Position numbers and translations under genes: made by a program. This document shows positions 39,588 through 51,426 of a stretch of 64,000 bases of DNA, piece after piece. The DNA comes from Octopus vulgaris. Lineage: Eukaryota. The first letter of the stretch is position 1. The number at the start of each line of letters is the position of its first letter. The notes beneath the pieces are model-generated. The model was not told the DNA's origin and searched no databases. It worked only from the letters and a program-made list of their open reading frames with translations. The stretch is taken from assembly GCA_951406725.2 (NCBI GenBank), contig OX597817.1, positions 57,908,001 through 57,972,000 on the forward strand, written 5' to 3'.

Positions 39588-40060
39588 GATTATTATTATG
39601 ATTATTATTATTATTATTATCATTATTATTATTATTCAGGTCACTGCCTGGAATCGAACTTGGAATCTTGGGGTTAGTAGCTCGAGCTCTTAACCACTAC
39701 ACCATACAGAACTGTAATATTTAATTTATTATAAAGGCAAAACAATACCACGGAGGAATCGACGTAAGCTTAAATAATAAACCGCGATAGGTGAACCACA
39801 ACATAGCGAGGGATTACTAGGAATCGACGTATGCTTAAAGAATAAACCGCAATAGGTGAACCGCGATATGGCGAGGGATTGCTAGGAATCCCTCGTCGAT
39901 TCCTCCGTGGAGTTGTTTTGCATTTATAATAAAATAAATATAAACAAATTATGAAGATGATAAAAAAAGATATACACTACAGTACTGTTTCTACTTTGCG
40001 GATTTTCATCTATCGCGGGGGTTTAGGAACGTAACAACCACGATAGTCGAGGGATTACTG
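39283..40060. mobile_element. Tc1/pogo-type foldback MITE (TA flanks) hosting a SINE
   Basis: Long inverted arms (agtaatctctcgactatcgcgg ... ccacgatagtcgagggattact), TA at 39281 and 40061, central about 65-bp tandem duplication 39756-39886. Confidence 0.8.
39412..39706 (-). mobile_element. tRNA-headed SINE with (AAT)n spacer and hammerhead-containing 3' region
   Basis: A-box tggtgtagtgg, B-box agttcgattcc, (AAT)n 39558-39636, gacac-CTGATGA-aggctg..cagct-GAAA-cgtt-gtatt at 39505-39460; near-TSD atatttatttta/atatttaattta. Confidence 0.7.
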
Positions 40061-40364
40061 TATACGCACAGTATAGATTCTATTCAATTGTTACGTAGTG
40101 ATACAGCTGCGACGAGTTGGAAGAAGCCACACAAAATTATGTCTTGTAGATAATGTCTGTTTGTCTTGTACATCGAAACTCTCTGGTCCTGTTCGTATTT
40201 GTAGTCTGTCACTAAGTGCGAAAAAGGAAAAAGATAAAGGATGCGAGGCTCGCGCGGAAGAAGTCTGTTGATGTGTGTGTGTTTGTGTGTGCGTACGGAT
40301 ATTTATGTGCTTTTGAAAAGTAAGCATCGGTGAAATTGGTAAAGGTGACAGAAGGGACTAAGTG

Positions 40365-40848
40365 TTTTGGGGGATGGGTGGGAAGGGCACGAGTCGATTA
40401 CATCGACCCCAGTGCTCAACTGGTACTTATTTCTTCGACCCCCCCCCCCCGAAATGATGAAAGGCAAAGTCGACCTCAGTGGAATTTGAACTCAGAATGT
40501 AAAGCCAGAAGAAATGCTGTTAAGCATTTAGACCGGCACGGTAACGATTCTGTCTGTTCGATGCCTTGTGTTTCCAAAGAATTAGCAGAAGTGAATTGTT
40601 TTAATGTCATGTTTTGGAATGTTAGATAAATTCTTTCGTCAAGGCGGCGCGCTGGCAGAAACGTTAGCACGCCGGGCGAAATGCTTAGCTGTATTTCGTC
40701 TGACATTACGTTCTGAGTTCAAATTCCGCCGAGGTCGACTTTGCCTTTCATCCTTTCGGTGTCGATAAATTAAGTACCAGTTGCGTATTGGGGTAGATCT
40801 AATCGACTGACCCCTCCCTCCAAAATTTCGAGCCTTGTGCCTAGAGAC
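40365..40848. mobile_element. Two divergent family A SINEs (40365-40568 minus, 40641-40848 plus)
   Basis: Family A head and core on opposite strands, about 70 bp apart. Confidence 0.8.
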
Positions 40849-40904
40849 AAATTCCTTCGTCTTCCCCATTTCTTTTAATCTTTTTTTTTTTTCATCTACA
40901 ATTT

Positions 40905-41070
40905 TCACAAATTAGTCAATTCCTCTTCATTGTTCGCGACTTCCTGTCAATGTTCCTTAAGTTTGTCAATGTCTTGGTGGTAGAAAACACCGAGTCTTTA
41001 CTCGAAGACTTCATTGAGTCACGTTTTCAACTCCACATCGTTGATGGAAAGAAACAAACGAGTTTTTAAT
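40905..41070 (-). pseudogene. mariner transposase C-terminal remnant
   Basis: Minus reading DVELKT*LNEVFE...FYHQDIDKLKEH*QEVANNEEE resembles the mariner C-terminus (FY..GI.KL..RW..V...G). Confidence 0.5.
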
Positions 41071-41630
41071 CTGACAATCCATTATATATATTCTGTCTTT
41101 TATCGTTCTTTCTTTGCTTTCGGTTTTGGTTGAAAAATAAAAGCTTCAAATTTAGGTTCAGGACCGGTAATTTTAAACGGGAAGGGTTTAATCGAACCCA
41201 GTTCTTAACTGGTATTTTATTTTATCGACGCAGAAACGATATGAAAACAAGATTCTAACCCAGAATATAAACAACCGGAACAAATTGCTCGAAACATTTA
41301 TTCCAACGCTTTGACGAGTTTGCCAATCCGCCATCTTTGTTTTGGTTGAAAATAATAATGTACAAATTGAATTAATACATATCATGGAGCTAATTAATGT
41401 TTGCGTCTTCTCACCGCGTAATTATTATGAATAAATCTATGAAAGCGGCAGTGGTGGATTCACAGAATTGCCAGAGCGTCGGAAAATAATGCGTTGCGGT
41501 ATTTTTAACGTTCTAAGTATAGCTCTGGGCCGATCAATGCTTTGTGAGCGGATTGGCTGGAAGGGGGAACATTGTGGAATCTCGTCGTAAAAGTGTGCGT
41601 GCGTGTATGTGTGTGTGTGTGTGTCTGTGT

Positions 41631-41669
<39 letters not shown>

Positions 41670-42194
41670 TGTGTTCGTCCCATCGCTTGGTTTGTTAACG
41701 TCGCCGTAACTTAGCAGTTTGGGACAAGAGACCGATAAGATAAGTACAAGCCTTCCAAAAAAAAAATAAATAAAATATACCGAGGTTGATTTGTTCGACT
41801 CGAACGTGGTCGCAGTCTAAATAAAAATAATTTAATGCTTTTGCACTAACTAAAATACCTTTCTAAAACATATTTGATCCCACCCCAGAGGAATTAAATA
41901 TATTTTCTTATCGTTTTACTTCGCAATTGTTAAGAATATAATTTAGCGCAGTTATTTTCAAAAGTCTTGTTTTCATAGTATTAAGTCCCCTAATCTCTAT
42001 ACCATACTGATAAATTATATTGAGGCCATACGTCACTATGTTAAGGGCTAGGGTTTGGGTTAATTCTTAAAACATTTTTCCTTTGAGTCCCGGGGTTCAT
42101 AAGGCCGGTTATTTGGTTTTCATGGCTTATAAGTGACCGAGGTCACAACATTCTTCCTGAACGGGACGCCGGTCCATTGTAATGTTTGAGGCCA

Positions 42195-42547
42195 GCAATT
42201 TACATCGACACCAATATATGACTGGTACTTTATTTTATGGATCCCGAAGGGATGAAAGGCAAAGTTGACCCCCACACGATTAGAACTCAGAACATAAAGA
42301 GCCGAAAGAGATACCTATTTCTTTACCACCCACAAGGGGCTAAACACAGAAAGGACAAACAAGGACTGACAAACGGATTTAGTCGATTATATCGACCCCA
42401 GTGCGTAACTGGTACTTAATTTATCGACCTCGAAAGGATGAGAGGCAAAGTTGACCTCGGCGGAATTTGAACTCAGAACGTAGCGGCAGACGAAATATCG
42501 CTAAGCATTTCGCCCGGCGTGCTAACGATTCTGCCAGCTCGTCACCG
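42195..42547 (-). mobile_element. Family A SINE with second partial unit
   Basis: Full copy 42314-42547; junction gagatacctatttc at about 42310. Confidence 0.8.
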
Positions 42548-43019
42548 TAACTATGTTTTACCTGTTTATGTCCTGAATTCAAATCCTGTAGAGAATCGGC
42601 TTTAACTTTCATCAGTACCAGTCACGAACTGGTATCAATTGAATCGATTTCATCCTTGCTTCCTGAAGTTGAGGCTATATCAGAAATCAGATCAGCCTTC
42701 TTACTGTCCTGAGGCAAGAAAGAGCGAAGAGTTTTCCCCCGATATTTGTAAAGAAGCATTATTTGGGGTAAGCTACACCCTGCTGCACCAACGGAGGGTT
42801 AAAAGATACTGTTCGGCTCCTAGAATTGTCCCTAGGCTACTGTCGCTCTTTCCCTTCCCTAAACCTCAACCGTTTGACGTCACATCAATTATATTGCTCA
42901 CCTTGTAGTGTGTAAACAGCGTCCGACCTCGGATTCTATTGACTTGGGGTTGAAATCAGTCAGAGATGAGTTGTGGGAAGATGTGTCTAACCAGCAACGA
43001 TGACACCTGCGGGAGTCCT

Positions 43020-43225
43020 TACACAGTCGTTTGATATGTTAGAAGTAGCAATCAAACCTACCTCTAAACCACAGATAAGTGTCTTAGAAAGGAAGGACAC
43101 ATTGGATAATGTGATCCTAGGTGCATTGACTCTAGTGAAAAGGTGGGGTGGTCACAGCCTAGAATACCTTTAATTGTACTTTTGATCGTTTAGGGCTAAG
43201 CTGAGGATAAACAACAATGACAGCG
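43020..43225 (+). repeat. Old dispersed about 200-bp repeat (agaaatagcagc...gatggtc...ggggctaaacaacaac family)
   Basis: Related decayed copies at about 5190, 5990, 15740, 20450, 20695 and, on the minus strand, 61630-61830. Confidence 0.55.
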
Positions 43226-44497
43226 ACAACAGTAGCAGCAGCTCAGTCTTGTTCAGGAGTCAGTGGAGTGGATGATGACAGGAAATGGACATTTTAGACT
43301 GAATCGGGTGCTTTACGTACTGATCATAAATTGCCGCCGCACGAAGTCAACTTTGTCTTTCATCCTTTCGGTGTCTATAAAATAAAGAACTTGTCAAGTA
43401 CTTTCAGGACAAAATTATCGACACAGAAAATATGTATAAAACGTATTGGGTAGCGAATGACGTCATCAGATCTTAGGATGAATGTATTTTTGCGTCAATG
43501 CGCGTTGTCAGCTACGAATACCGAAATCCGTGTTTCACAATCTTAAAAGAACGATAACTTTTATTTATAAGAATATGTATTTTCACACGTCTTGTCAGTG
43601 GGGAGAATTTTCTCCCTGAGCTATTTCCGCAGCGAAAAGTCTTTCTACGTCCGAATGTACACGAACGAATGAAATATAGTTGTACACGATTCTCTAATTA
43701 TTTAATTCCAGCTTGACCGACCTTTACTCATACTAGTAAATGTACTATTTACTGTTCTTATAAATAACAACTATCGTTCTTATAGGGTTGTGAAAGACGC
43801 CTATCTGGCGACGAGTAACGACGCAGAAACACAGAAACGGAAGCATCCTAGATCCGATGGCATCATTCATAGCCCAATGTATTTTCACATCTTTTCTCTG
43901 CAGAAAGGGCTTCCCACGTCCAGGTGTACCCAACGTATCAAATATGGTTCTACACCATTATATTTTATTCAATGCTGCTTCGTGTGTCTCAAGTTATTGA
44001 TAACTAAAGTATTAAACACGTATGCAAATCAGTCGCTCCTTTTCTCTAGCTACAGGATTTGTTATCTCTGGATTTGGTCAAAGGCGGTAGACATCACTGA
44101 TGAGAATGCAATAAGTTTCGAAATCGATTGAGGATGTTCACCATTTTTCTTCAGTCGACGGAGAAAGAGTTAAATTTGTCCTGTTTGTAGTTCTACTACG
44201 TCGGTTTATATATGTGTGAGTGTTATTGTGGAATGTGCGCTGGCATTGGTGATGTAGTAGTGGCGGTAAAGAGGTGGTGAAGGTGACGGGTATATTGATG
44301 GTCCTGTTGCCGGTGGTTGTTGCTGTTGTTGTTGCAGTGGTGGTGGTGGTGGTGGTGGTAGCGGTATGTGTCAGTAGCAATGACAACAAGGTTAGGGGTG
44401 GCAGGTCTTGTATTGTTTTAAGACAATACATCACAAATTTACTCCACCCTGGTACGGTTGGCGTACAATCAAATGTATACACACTAAAGTTGCAGTC

Positions 44498-44616
<119 letters not shown>

Positions 44617-44636
44617 GCATACATATACAATACATA

Positions 44637-44679
<43 letters not shown>

Positions 44680-44769
44680 CAGAAGTTACAGAGTGACTCA
44701 AGGGTCGGGAGTTTAGTATATAAATGCTTATGTATTATGTATTTTCCTGCTTGCATCACCAAACCTATG

Positions 44770-44856
<87 letters not shown>

Positions 44857-46514
44857 ATATGCGTCTATGTAAATATGTATTTAAGATGAGAAAGAAATGA
44901 ATAATAGAAAGAAAGAAGGAAGTAAGGTGGGAAAGTCTAGCCGTGTGTTTACAATGAAAATATTGTATGTCCTGGGTACATTATAGTGTGTATTCTAATG
45001 TCTTAGAACACGGGGTAGAGGTAGGTAGATAGATAGGAAGGGAGAGAGTGAAGGTGAGTGAGAGAGAAAAAAAGAGAAGGGTAGGTTGGTGGGTAGGTGG
45101 CTGGATTGAGATGAGTAAGTATATGCATACCTGTGTGTGTGTGTGTGTAATGCACACACAGACACACGCACAAATATACGACGGGCTTCTTTCAGTTTCC
45201 GCCTACCAAGTCGGCCCGAGGCTCTAGTAGAAGACATTTGCCCAAGATGCCACACAGTGGGACTGAACATGGAACTATGCGGTTAGTAAGCAAGCTCCTT
45301 ACCACACAGCCGCTCCATATATATGTTCACACCTATGTGTATGTCCTTGTGTGTATGTTACCTCCGCCACGGTTTGACGACCGGTGATGGTTTCTTTATG
45401 TTGCCGCAATTCAGCGGTTCGACAAAAGACACCGATAGAATAAATACCAAAATTAAAAAAAAAAAGCAAACAAAACAAAAATAGACACAAGTACTAGGAA
45501 CGAGTTGTTCGACTAAAAACCCTTCACAGCCGTGCTCCAGCATGGTCGCAGTCCAATCACTGAAGCAAGCAAGAGATAAAAGATAGCATTTTAATTATCT
45601 GGGACTTTGACATTAAGTCTACAAGAAGGATAAAATAAACGAAAACAATCGATTTTTGTCATAGAAGATGCAGGGAAATGTCCATGATCTTACCTGGAAG
45701 CAGATCTTCCGCCACAGAGTTTGGCTTCGAGAAGTGTATTTCTTAATTGGTGTAAGTTAAAAATGATAGAAGCTCTCTGTGACCAGCGATATAAATTAGC
45801 TGTCAGCTGTTTGGAGTTACATATAAAATTGTCCGGAACAAATGTGTGATTGGATGCAAGTTATATTCAGGATGAGCATATTTCTCAGGGAAAAACCCAC
45901 TTCAAAACGCTTAATATAAAATGGCTTTCTAAGTATCGTACATATCTGGTAACAAGACCTAATTATTCCAGCAGTTCATCATAATTAATCTTACATAAGT
46001 GTTTCTTTGTATAATGTGCTCAACAAGTGTTCATTTGTATTATGAATTATTTGGGGCTGTGACGTGGACAGTGAAACTACAAACCGAAGACTCAACTTTT
46101 GATACACGACATAAAAGATATAAGACCTTACCTCGTAGCATATATTCTGCCTATCTGTGTGTGTGCGTGTGTGTGTGTCTCTCTCTCTCTCTTTGTGTCT
46201 GTGTTTGTCTCCCACCACCGCTTGACAACCGGTGTTGGTGTGTTTACATCCCCGTGACTCAGCGATTCGGCAAAAAGTTCGGTAGAATAAGTACCGGGCT
46301 TAAGAAATAAATCCTGAGCTCGATTCATTCGACTAAAAATTCTTGAAGGTGGTGTCCCAGCTTGGCCGCAGTTGAATGACAGAAACAAGGGGAAAATGTA
46401 TCTTAACCCGCCTCCCGTTTGCATACATATTCTTTTGTATACCCACCTACAAGGTAGTGTATATGCTTTTATATATACACATATATATCGTTTCCAGCTT
46501 TTGGTATGTTATCC

Positions 46515-47050
46515 TCGCTGTATGTGGCCGAACATTATCCTGATGGAAGAACACCTTTCGTCTTGAAACCAAAGATGGTCGTTTTTCTTCTAGCATTGAC
46601 TTGAATAACTCGTTGAATGACCAAATCCAAGCTTCTCTGCTAGTTCCTCAATATTTACGATGGGTTTTTGTTTCACCAGGGTTTACAGGACATCCTCGTC
46701 GAGCTTTACAGATCTTCCAGGACGAGGCTTGTCTTCTAGGCTGTAGGTTCCGGGTCAGAATTTCTGAAACCACCGTTGACACTGGCTTACAGTTATTGTC
46801 TGATCCCCATATACTGCATTAATATGCCTCTCACTTTCCGTTGCGTTGTTGCCTTTGTTGAACTCATAAAGCAAAATATGCTGAATATGCTCCTTTGTCA
46901 CTTCCATTATAGCTTTGAAAAAATGACTTAAAATCGAACTGCACTCTTCCAAACTTGCATTAAGAATAAGGGCAAGGTAAAATTACTACCTGCTTTTATA
47001 GTAAGTCGATACAGGCAGTTTATCCCGTCCCTACTCAGACTTTTAGTTCA
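46515..47050 (-). pseudogene. mariner transposase remnant with internal deletion
   Basis: MEVTKEHIQHILLYEFNKGNNATE...INAVYG...CQRWFQKF (HTH) and LEEKRPSLVSRRKVFFHQDNVRPH (catalytic HDNARPH-like). Confidence 0.85.
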
Positions 47051-47071
47051 TATATATATATATATATATAT

Positions 47072-47126
<55 letters not shown>

Positions 47127-47145
47127 CGTGGTCTGATCAATATGT

Positions 47146-47790
47146 ATCCGGACTGTTGACATAGTAACAATGCTAAAGCACGCAGAGTGAGGCCGCTTAT
47201 CACAGATTGACCTTAAATTTAGTTGTGCATGCGCATTAAGTTTTAATGTTCTAGCTCACTTCTGCTATTTACAGCAGTGCTTAGAAGGAATGTGTGTTGC
47301 GTGTGATAGTCGAGTGACCATGACAGGGTAAGTTGAGAAGAGAATCTGCATCAAAGTTTGCCAAAAGCTTGACGATACCAGCCCAGAGGCCAACGCAACG
47401 GTTTCAAAAAGTTTTCATCGTTCTCGACTCAATCAAGGAGATTTTGTGCAACTGAAACCCGAGTGTCTTCTTGGTCAGCTGAAAGCAGTCTTGGCACAAA
47501 CTTCGCAGATCCACATCTCATACCCAAATATCTTCGGTGATAATGGACTGAACTGAACCGTAACTAATCTGCACATCCTCTGCTAACTCACGGATGGTGA
47601 TTCGACGATTTCTCCTCACAGATGAATGCACATCTGCGGTGTTTTTCTCAGTTCTGCTGGTTGCGTGTCTCCCAGGACGTTCGTCAATACCAACATTTTT
47701 TCGGTCACCTTGGAAACGTCTGAACCACCCATACACTTGTGTGGGGCTCATACACTCCTCTCCATACACTATCTGTAACTTTGCGTCAAA
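47146..47790. pseudogene. Second mariner remnant with internal inversion
   Basis: TA-flanked left end at 47146; + strand EKRICIKVCQKL; minus strand VYGEECMSPTQVYGWFRRF..DERPGR..ITIRELAE..AKFVPRLLS. Confidence 0.85.
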
Positions 47791-48060
47791 TAAATAACAA
47801 GGATGTCAAGGTATTAATGCAATACGGCCGTTTCAGGTGGCTCCATTTAATCGAACAATGCAAGTATTACATCAATTTGAAATACACACGCGTGCGCTCA
47901 CACACACACACACATAATTATTGTTTTCAAATTATATACGTATATAATATAAATTATATGTATGCATGCATGTATGTTTATATATATATATATATATATA
48001 CACGCACACATATATATACACACACATATATATACACGCACACAAATACACCCACACACC

Positions 48061-48096
<36 letters not shown>

Positions 48097-48914
48097 TCAT
48101 CGTTATTGTGGTCGTCATCCTTATAAGCAACTGCTGTCAGCTCTTGGAGCGTGGGTGATTCTTCCAAAGTCTCTGGAGTGTGGCAATAATGTCAGTAATG
48201 TCTGCTAATCTTTCTTGTATCGCAGATTCTGTGAGTGGTCTTTTGCCACCCTCACAGCACAGCATTGTCAATTCCGAGAGAATAAGAAAGAAGTAGAAAG
48301 AATGGGAAAGAAATAGAGAGAGAGAGAAAGAGAGAGAGAGAGAAAGATAAGAGAGGAGAAAGTGTGTGAGAGAGAGAGAGAGAGAGAAAGAAAAGAAAGG
48401 AGAGTTTATTCCTGTATATCATTAGTACTTTATTTATCGACCACGAAATGATAAAGTCGACAGGTGGGATTTGAGCTCAGAGGGCAACACTTCTCAAGTG
48501 TAATAGCTTACTCTCAGCATATGTTTGTAGGGTAGAGAAGAAAACTGGGGTTCCTTGGCTAACCCTCAATGGTTGTCCTTAGAAATCCCTTAGAAAGCCT
48601 GAACAAATATCACGAAGTAGTCAAATGAATCTGCCATTTCGCTGTCTTGCCGTAATATAACATGAATCAATTTAATTGTGTTTATGCAATTGAGTATATA
48701 CTTCCTCTCAAAATCTAGTTGAGTGTAATCTATCCTTCAGTACCTAATTGAGCACACTCCACCACTCAATATATACGACCTTGTGTCTTGATTAGAAATA
48801 AGTGTTTCTACTTTTGATGAGAGTATAGTTTACACAAGTGTTATATTACTTTGCTTGGTATTATATCTACTTTGGTTTCTTTTTATCCCGGATTAAAATT
48901 TTTGCCATCCATTT

Positions 48915-49002
48915 TATTCCATTAAAGATGCCTAAGACAGATCCTGAAGATGAACTGGCGAGACCGTGTCACAAATGATTAGATTCTGAAAAGAGTGATT
49001 CC
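48915..49002 (+). pseudogene. RTE LINE micro-remnant
   Basis: FH*RCLRQILKMNWRDRVTND*ILKR. Confidence 0.7.
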
Positions 49003-49514
49003 ACCTGGCTGGCCACAGTCTCCGTCCAACCCAATGGTTTTCAACCGGGGTCCATATGACTCTTGGCGGTCTCTGTGGGATTCTGTTGTTAAAACCTAAA
49101 GTCAATAATTTGGTTTTATTTCTAAAAGTCGCAAAATATTTTAACAATCTTATAATACAATTCCTAATAATCATAGGCGCAGGAGTGGCTGTGTGGCAAG
49201 TAGCTTGTTTACGAACCACATGGTTCCAGGTTCAGTTCCACTGCGTGGCACTTAGGCAAGTGTCTTCTACTACAGCCTCGGGCCGATCAAAGCATTGTGA
49301 GTGGATTTGGTAGACGGAAACTGAAAGAAGCTCGTTGTATATATGTGTGTGTGTAAATATATATACAACAGAATCCCACAGAGACCGCCAAGAGTCATAT
49401 GGACCCCGGTTGAAAACCATTGGGTTGGACGGAGACTGTGGCCAGCCAGGTGGAATCACTCTTTTCAGAATCTAATCATTTGTGACACGGTCTCGCCAGT
49501 TCATCTTCAGGATC
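48938..49514. repeat. About 150-bp essentially perfect inverted duplication
   Basis: About 48939-49089 is the reverse complement of about 49365-49515; spacer about 275 bp. Confidence 0.92.
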
Positions 49515-49560
49515 TTTCTTATGCATCTTTTCAGTATGTGACCTCGTGAAGACCACTTGC

Positions 49561-49738
49561 ATTTTTTCCCTCTGTCCTCCCACCTCGGGATCTTTCTTTC
49601 TCCTATGTTTCCGACGAAGAGCTCCGCTCGAAACGTCATACCCTCCTTCTTCCCTTTTTTCTTGAGCGCCCAATAATACTTTATTTGTTCCACATCCTCG
49701 CGTTGTTGTCTTTTTGTTTTCTTGTTTGGATTAACTTT
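49561..49738 (+). mobile_element. Hammerhead-bearing Penelope-like repeat (variant core CCGACGA)
   Basis: ccgacgaagagctccgctcgaaacgtc at 49611-49637; homologous to 25410-25597. Confidence 0.65.
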
Positions 49739-49745
49739 ATATATA

Positions 49746-49997
49746 TATACAACTTATAAAATAAGGGCAAAAGAAAAATTCTAATTCCAAATATGCCGAA
49801 AAAAAAGGACAAAATTGTCAATTTATGCGTCTCGAAACATGCCGATAGAAATTTCTAAAAAAATATTTGGCATTAGAATTTTTCTTTTGCCCTTATTTTA
49901 TAAGTTGTTTATAAATTTAACCTTTGAAGGTATTTTTTGATATGCTGGCCATTGATAAAAATTTTTTCTTTCGAAAAAAATTTTATCCTACATTAGT
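49746..49997 (+). mobile_element. Penelope-like inverted-arm plus tail insertion (family of 55513)
   Basis: Arms 49749-49794 and 49863-49908; tail aatttaacctttgaagg...ttttatcctacattag shared with 56021-56099. Confidence 0.75.
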
Positions 49998-50075
<78 letters not shown>

Positions 50076-50646
50076 TGTGCTTGTCCCCCCCCAACATCGC
50101 TTGAGTGTAAAGAGTTAAGGGCCGAAACTCTTGCATAACTACTGGGTGTCCTTTTTCTTTTCTAGGACAGCATCGTGTATTTCGAAAGATTTGGCTGTTA
50201 TTTCTAACGGGTTGCTCGACCGTGTATAGGCTCTGTCACGTGGTAGATATTTAATTAGTACGAATTGGAAGTGCAAAAATTAAACAATGAATTTACAACT
50301 GTATGAGTGTATGTGGGTGTGTGTGTGCATGCACGTGTATGTGTGGTGTATGTGTGTGTGCTTATGCGTGTATATGTGTAGGTGTATGTATGTGTGTATG
50401 TATATGTGTGTTTATATGTGTGTGTGTATGTGTGCACATGTATTTTATGTTACTGTACGTGTTTATGTGAAATAATTTTAGTGTGAAGATGGCAAACTGA
50501 CAGAGCCGTTTAAGAGTCGGATAGAATAACTTACGGTAAACGGTCCGGTTCACTGCGTTATGAGTTCAAATCGAGCCGAGGCCAACTTTCCTTTCACCCC
50601 TTTTAGGAATAAATACATTTACAATGGGATCATTTGCACCTAACCA

Positions 50647-50695
<49 letters not shown>

Positions 50696-50762
50696 TTCTT
50701 TCTTTCTTTCTTTCTATATACATATACATGCATGCACACATATACTATGTTGTGTTTTTGCT

Positions 50763-50808
<46 letters not shown>

Positions 50809-50829
50809 TGTGTGTGTGTATGTATATAC

Positions 50830-50882
<53 letters not shown>

Positions 50883-51284
50883 TATGTGTGTGTATATAGC
50901 TAGATAAACAGATAAGCATATAGATGTACAAACATTTACATATGTGTAAGCATGTATATACATATGATATATATATATATAAATATATGTACATATATAT
51001 ATATATATGCATTTGCGTGTGTGTGTGTGTGTGTGTGTGTATGTTTGTGTGTGTACGATACTTTAGCAGAGCGCCCCCTCTCACTCTACCTTTTAATCAA
51101 AGGCGTATAACCCCAATGAAATAAGTTGCCCCACTTCAGCCTGTATTCTGTTTGTTATGAAAAGAAAACTCATTATATCCAAGAATCACATTTGACAGCC
51201 ATGATAAGGGCATTAATTAAACCCAGACTACATCATGTCACTAGAGACAATTGGGCCATTTAATAACCGCAACACAACACCTAT

Positions 51285-51285
51285 G

Positions 51286-51348
<63 letters not shown>

Positions 51349-51361
51349 GCGATGAAGATGG

Positions 51362-51425
<64 letters not shown>

Positions 51426-51426
51426 A
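51285..51426. repeat. (AAT)n-(GAT)n compound microsatellite
   Basis: Direct reading. Confidence 0.9.

Larger units (their letters stand above)
49176..50104 (+). mobile_element. Family B SINE with compound insertions in its internal microsatellite
   Basis: Head 49176-49340; body resumes at gtctgtgcttgtccccc (50073). Confidence 0.75.
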
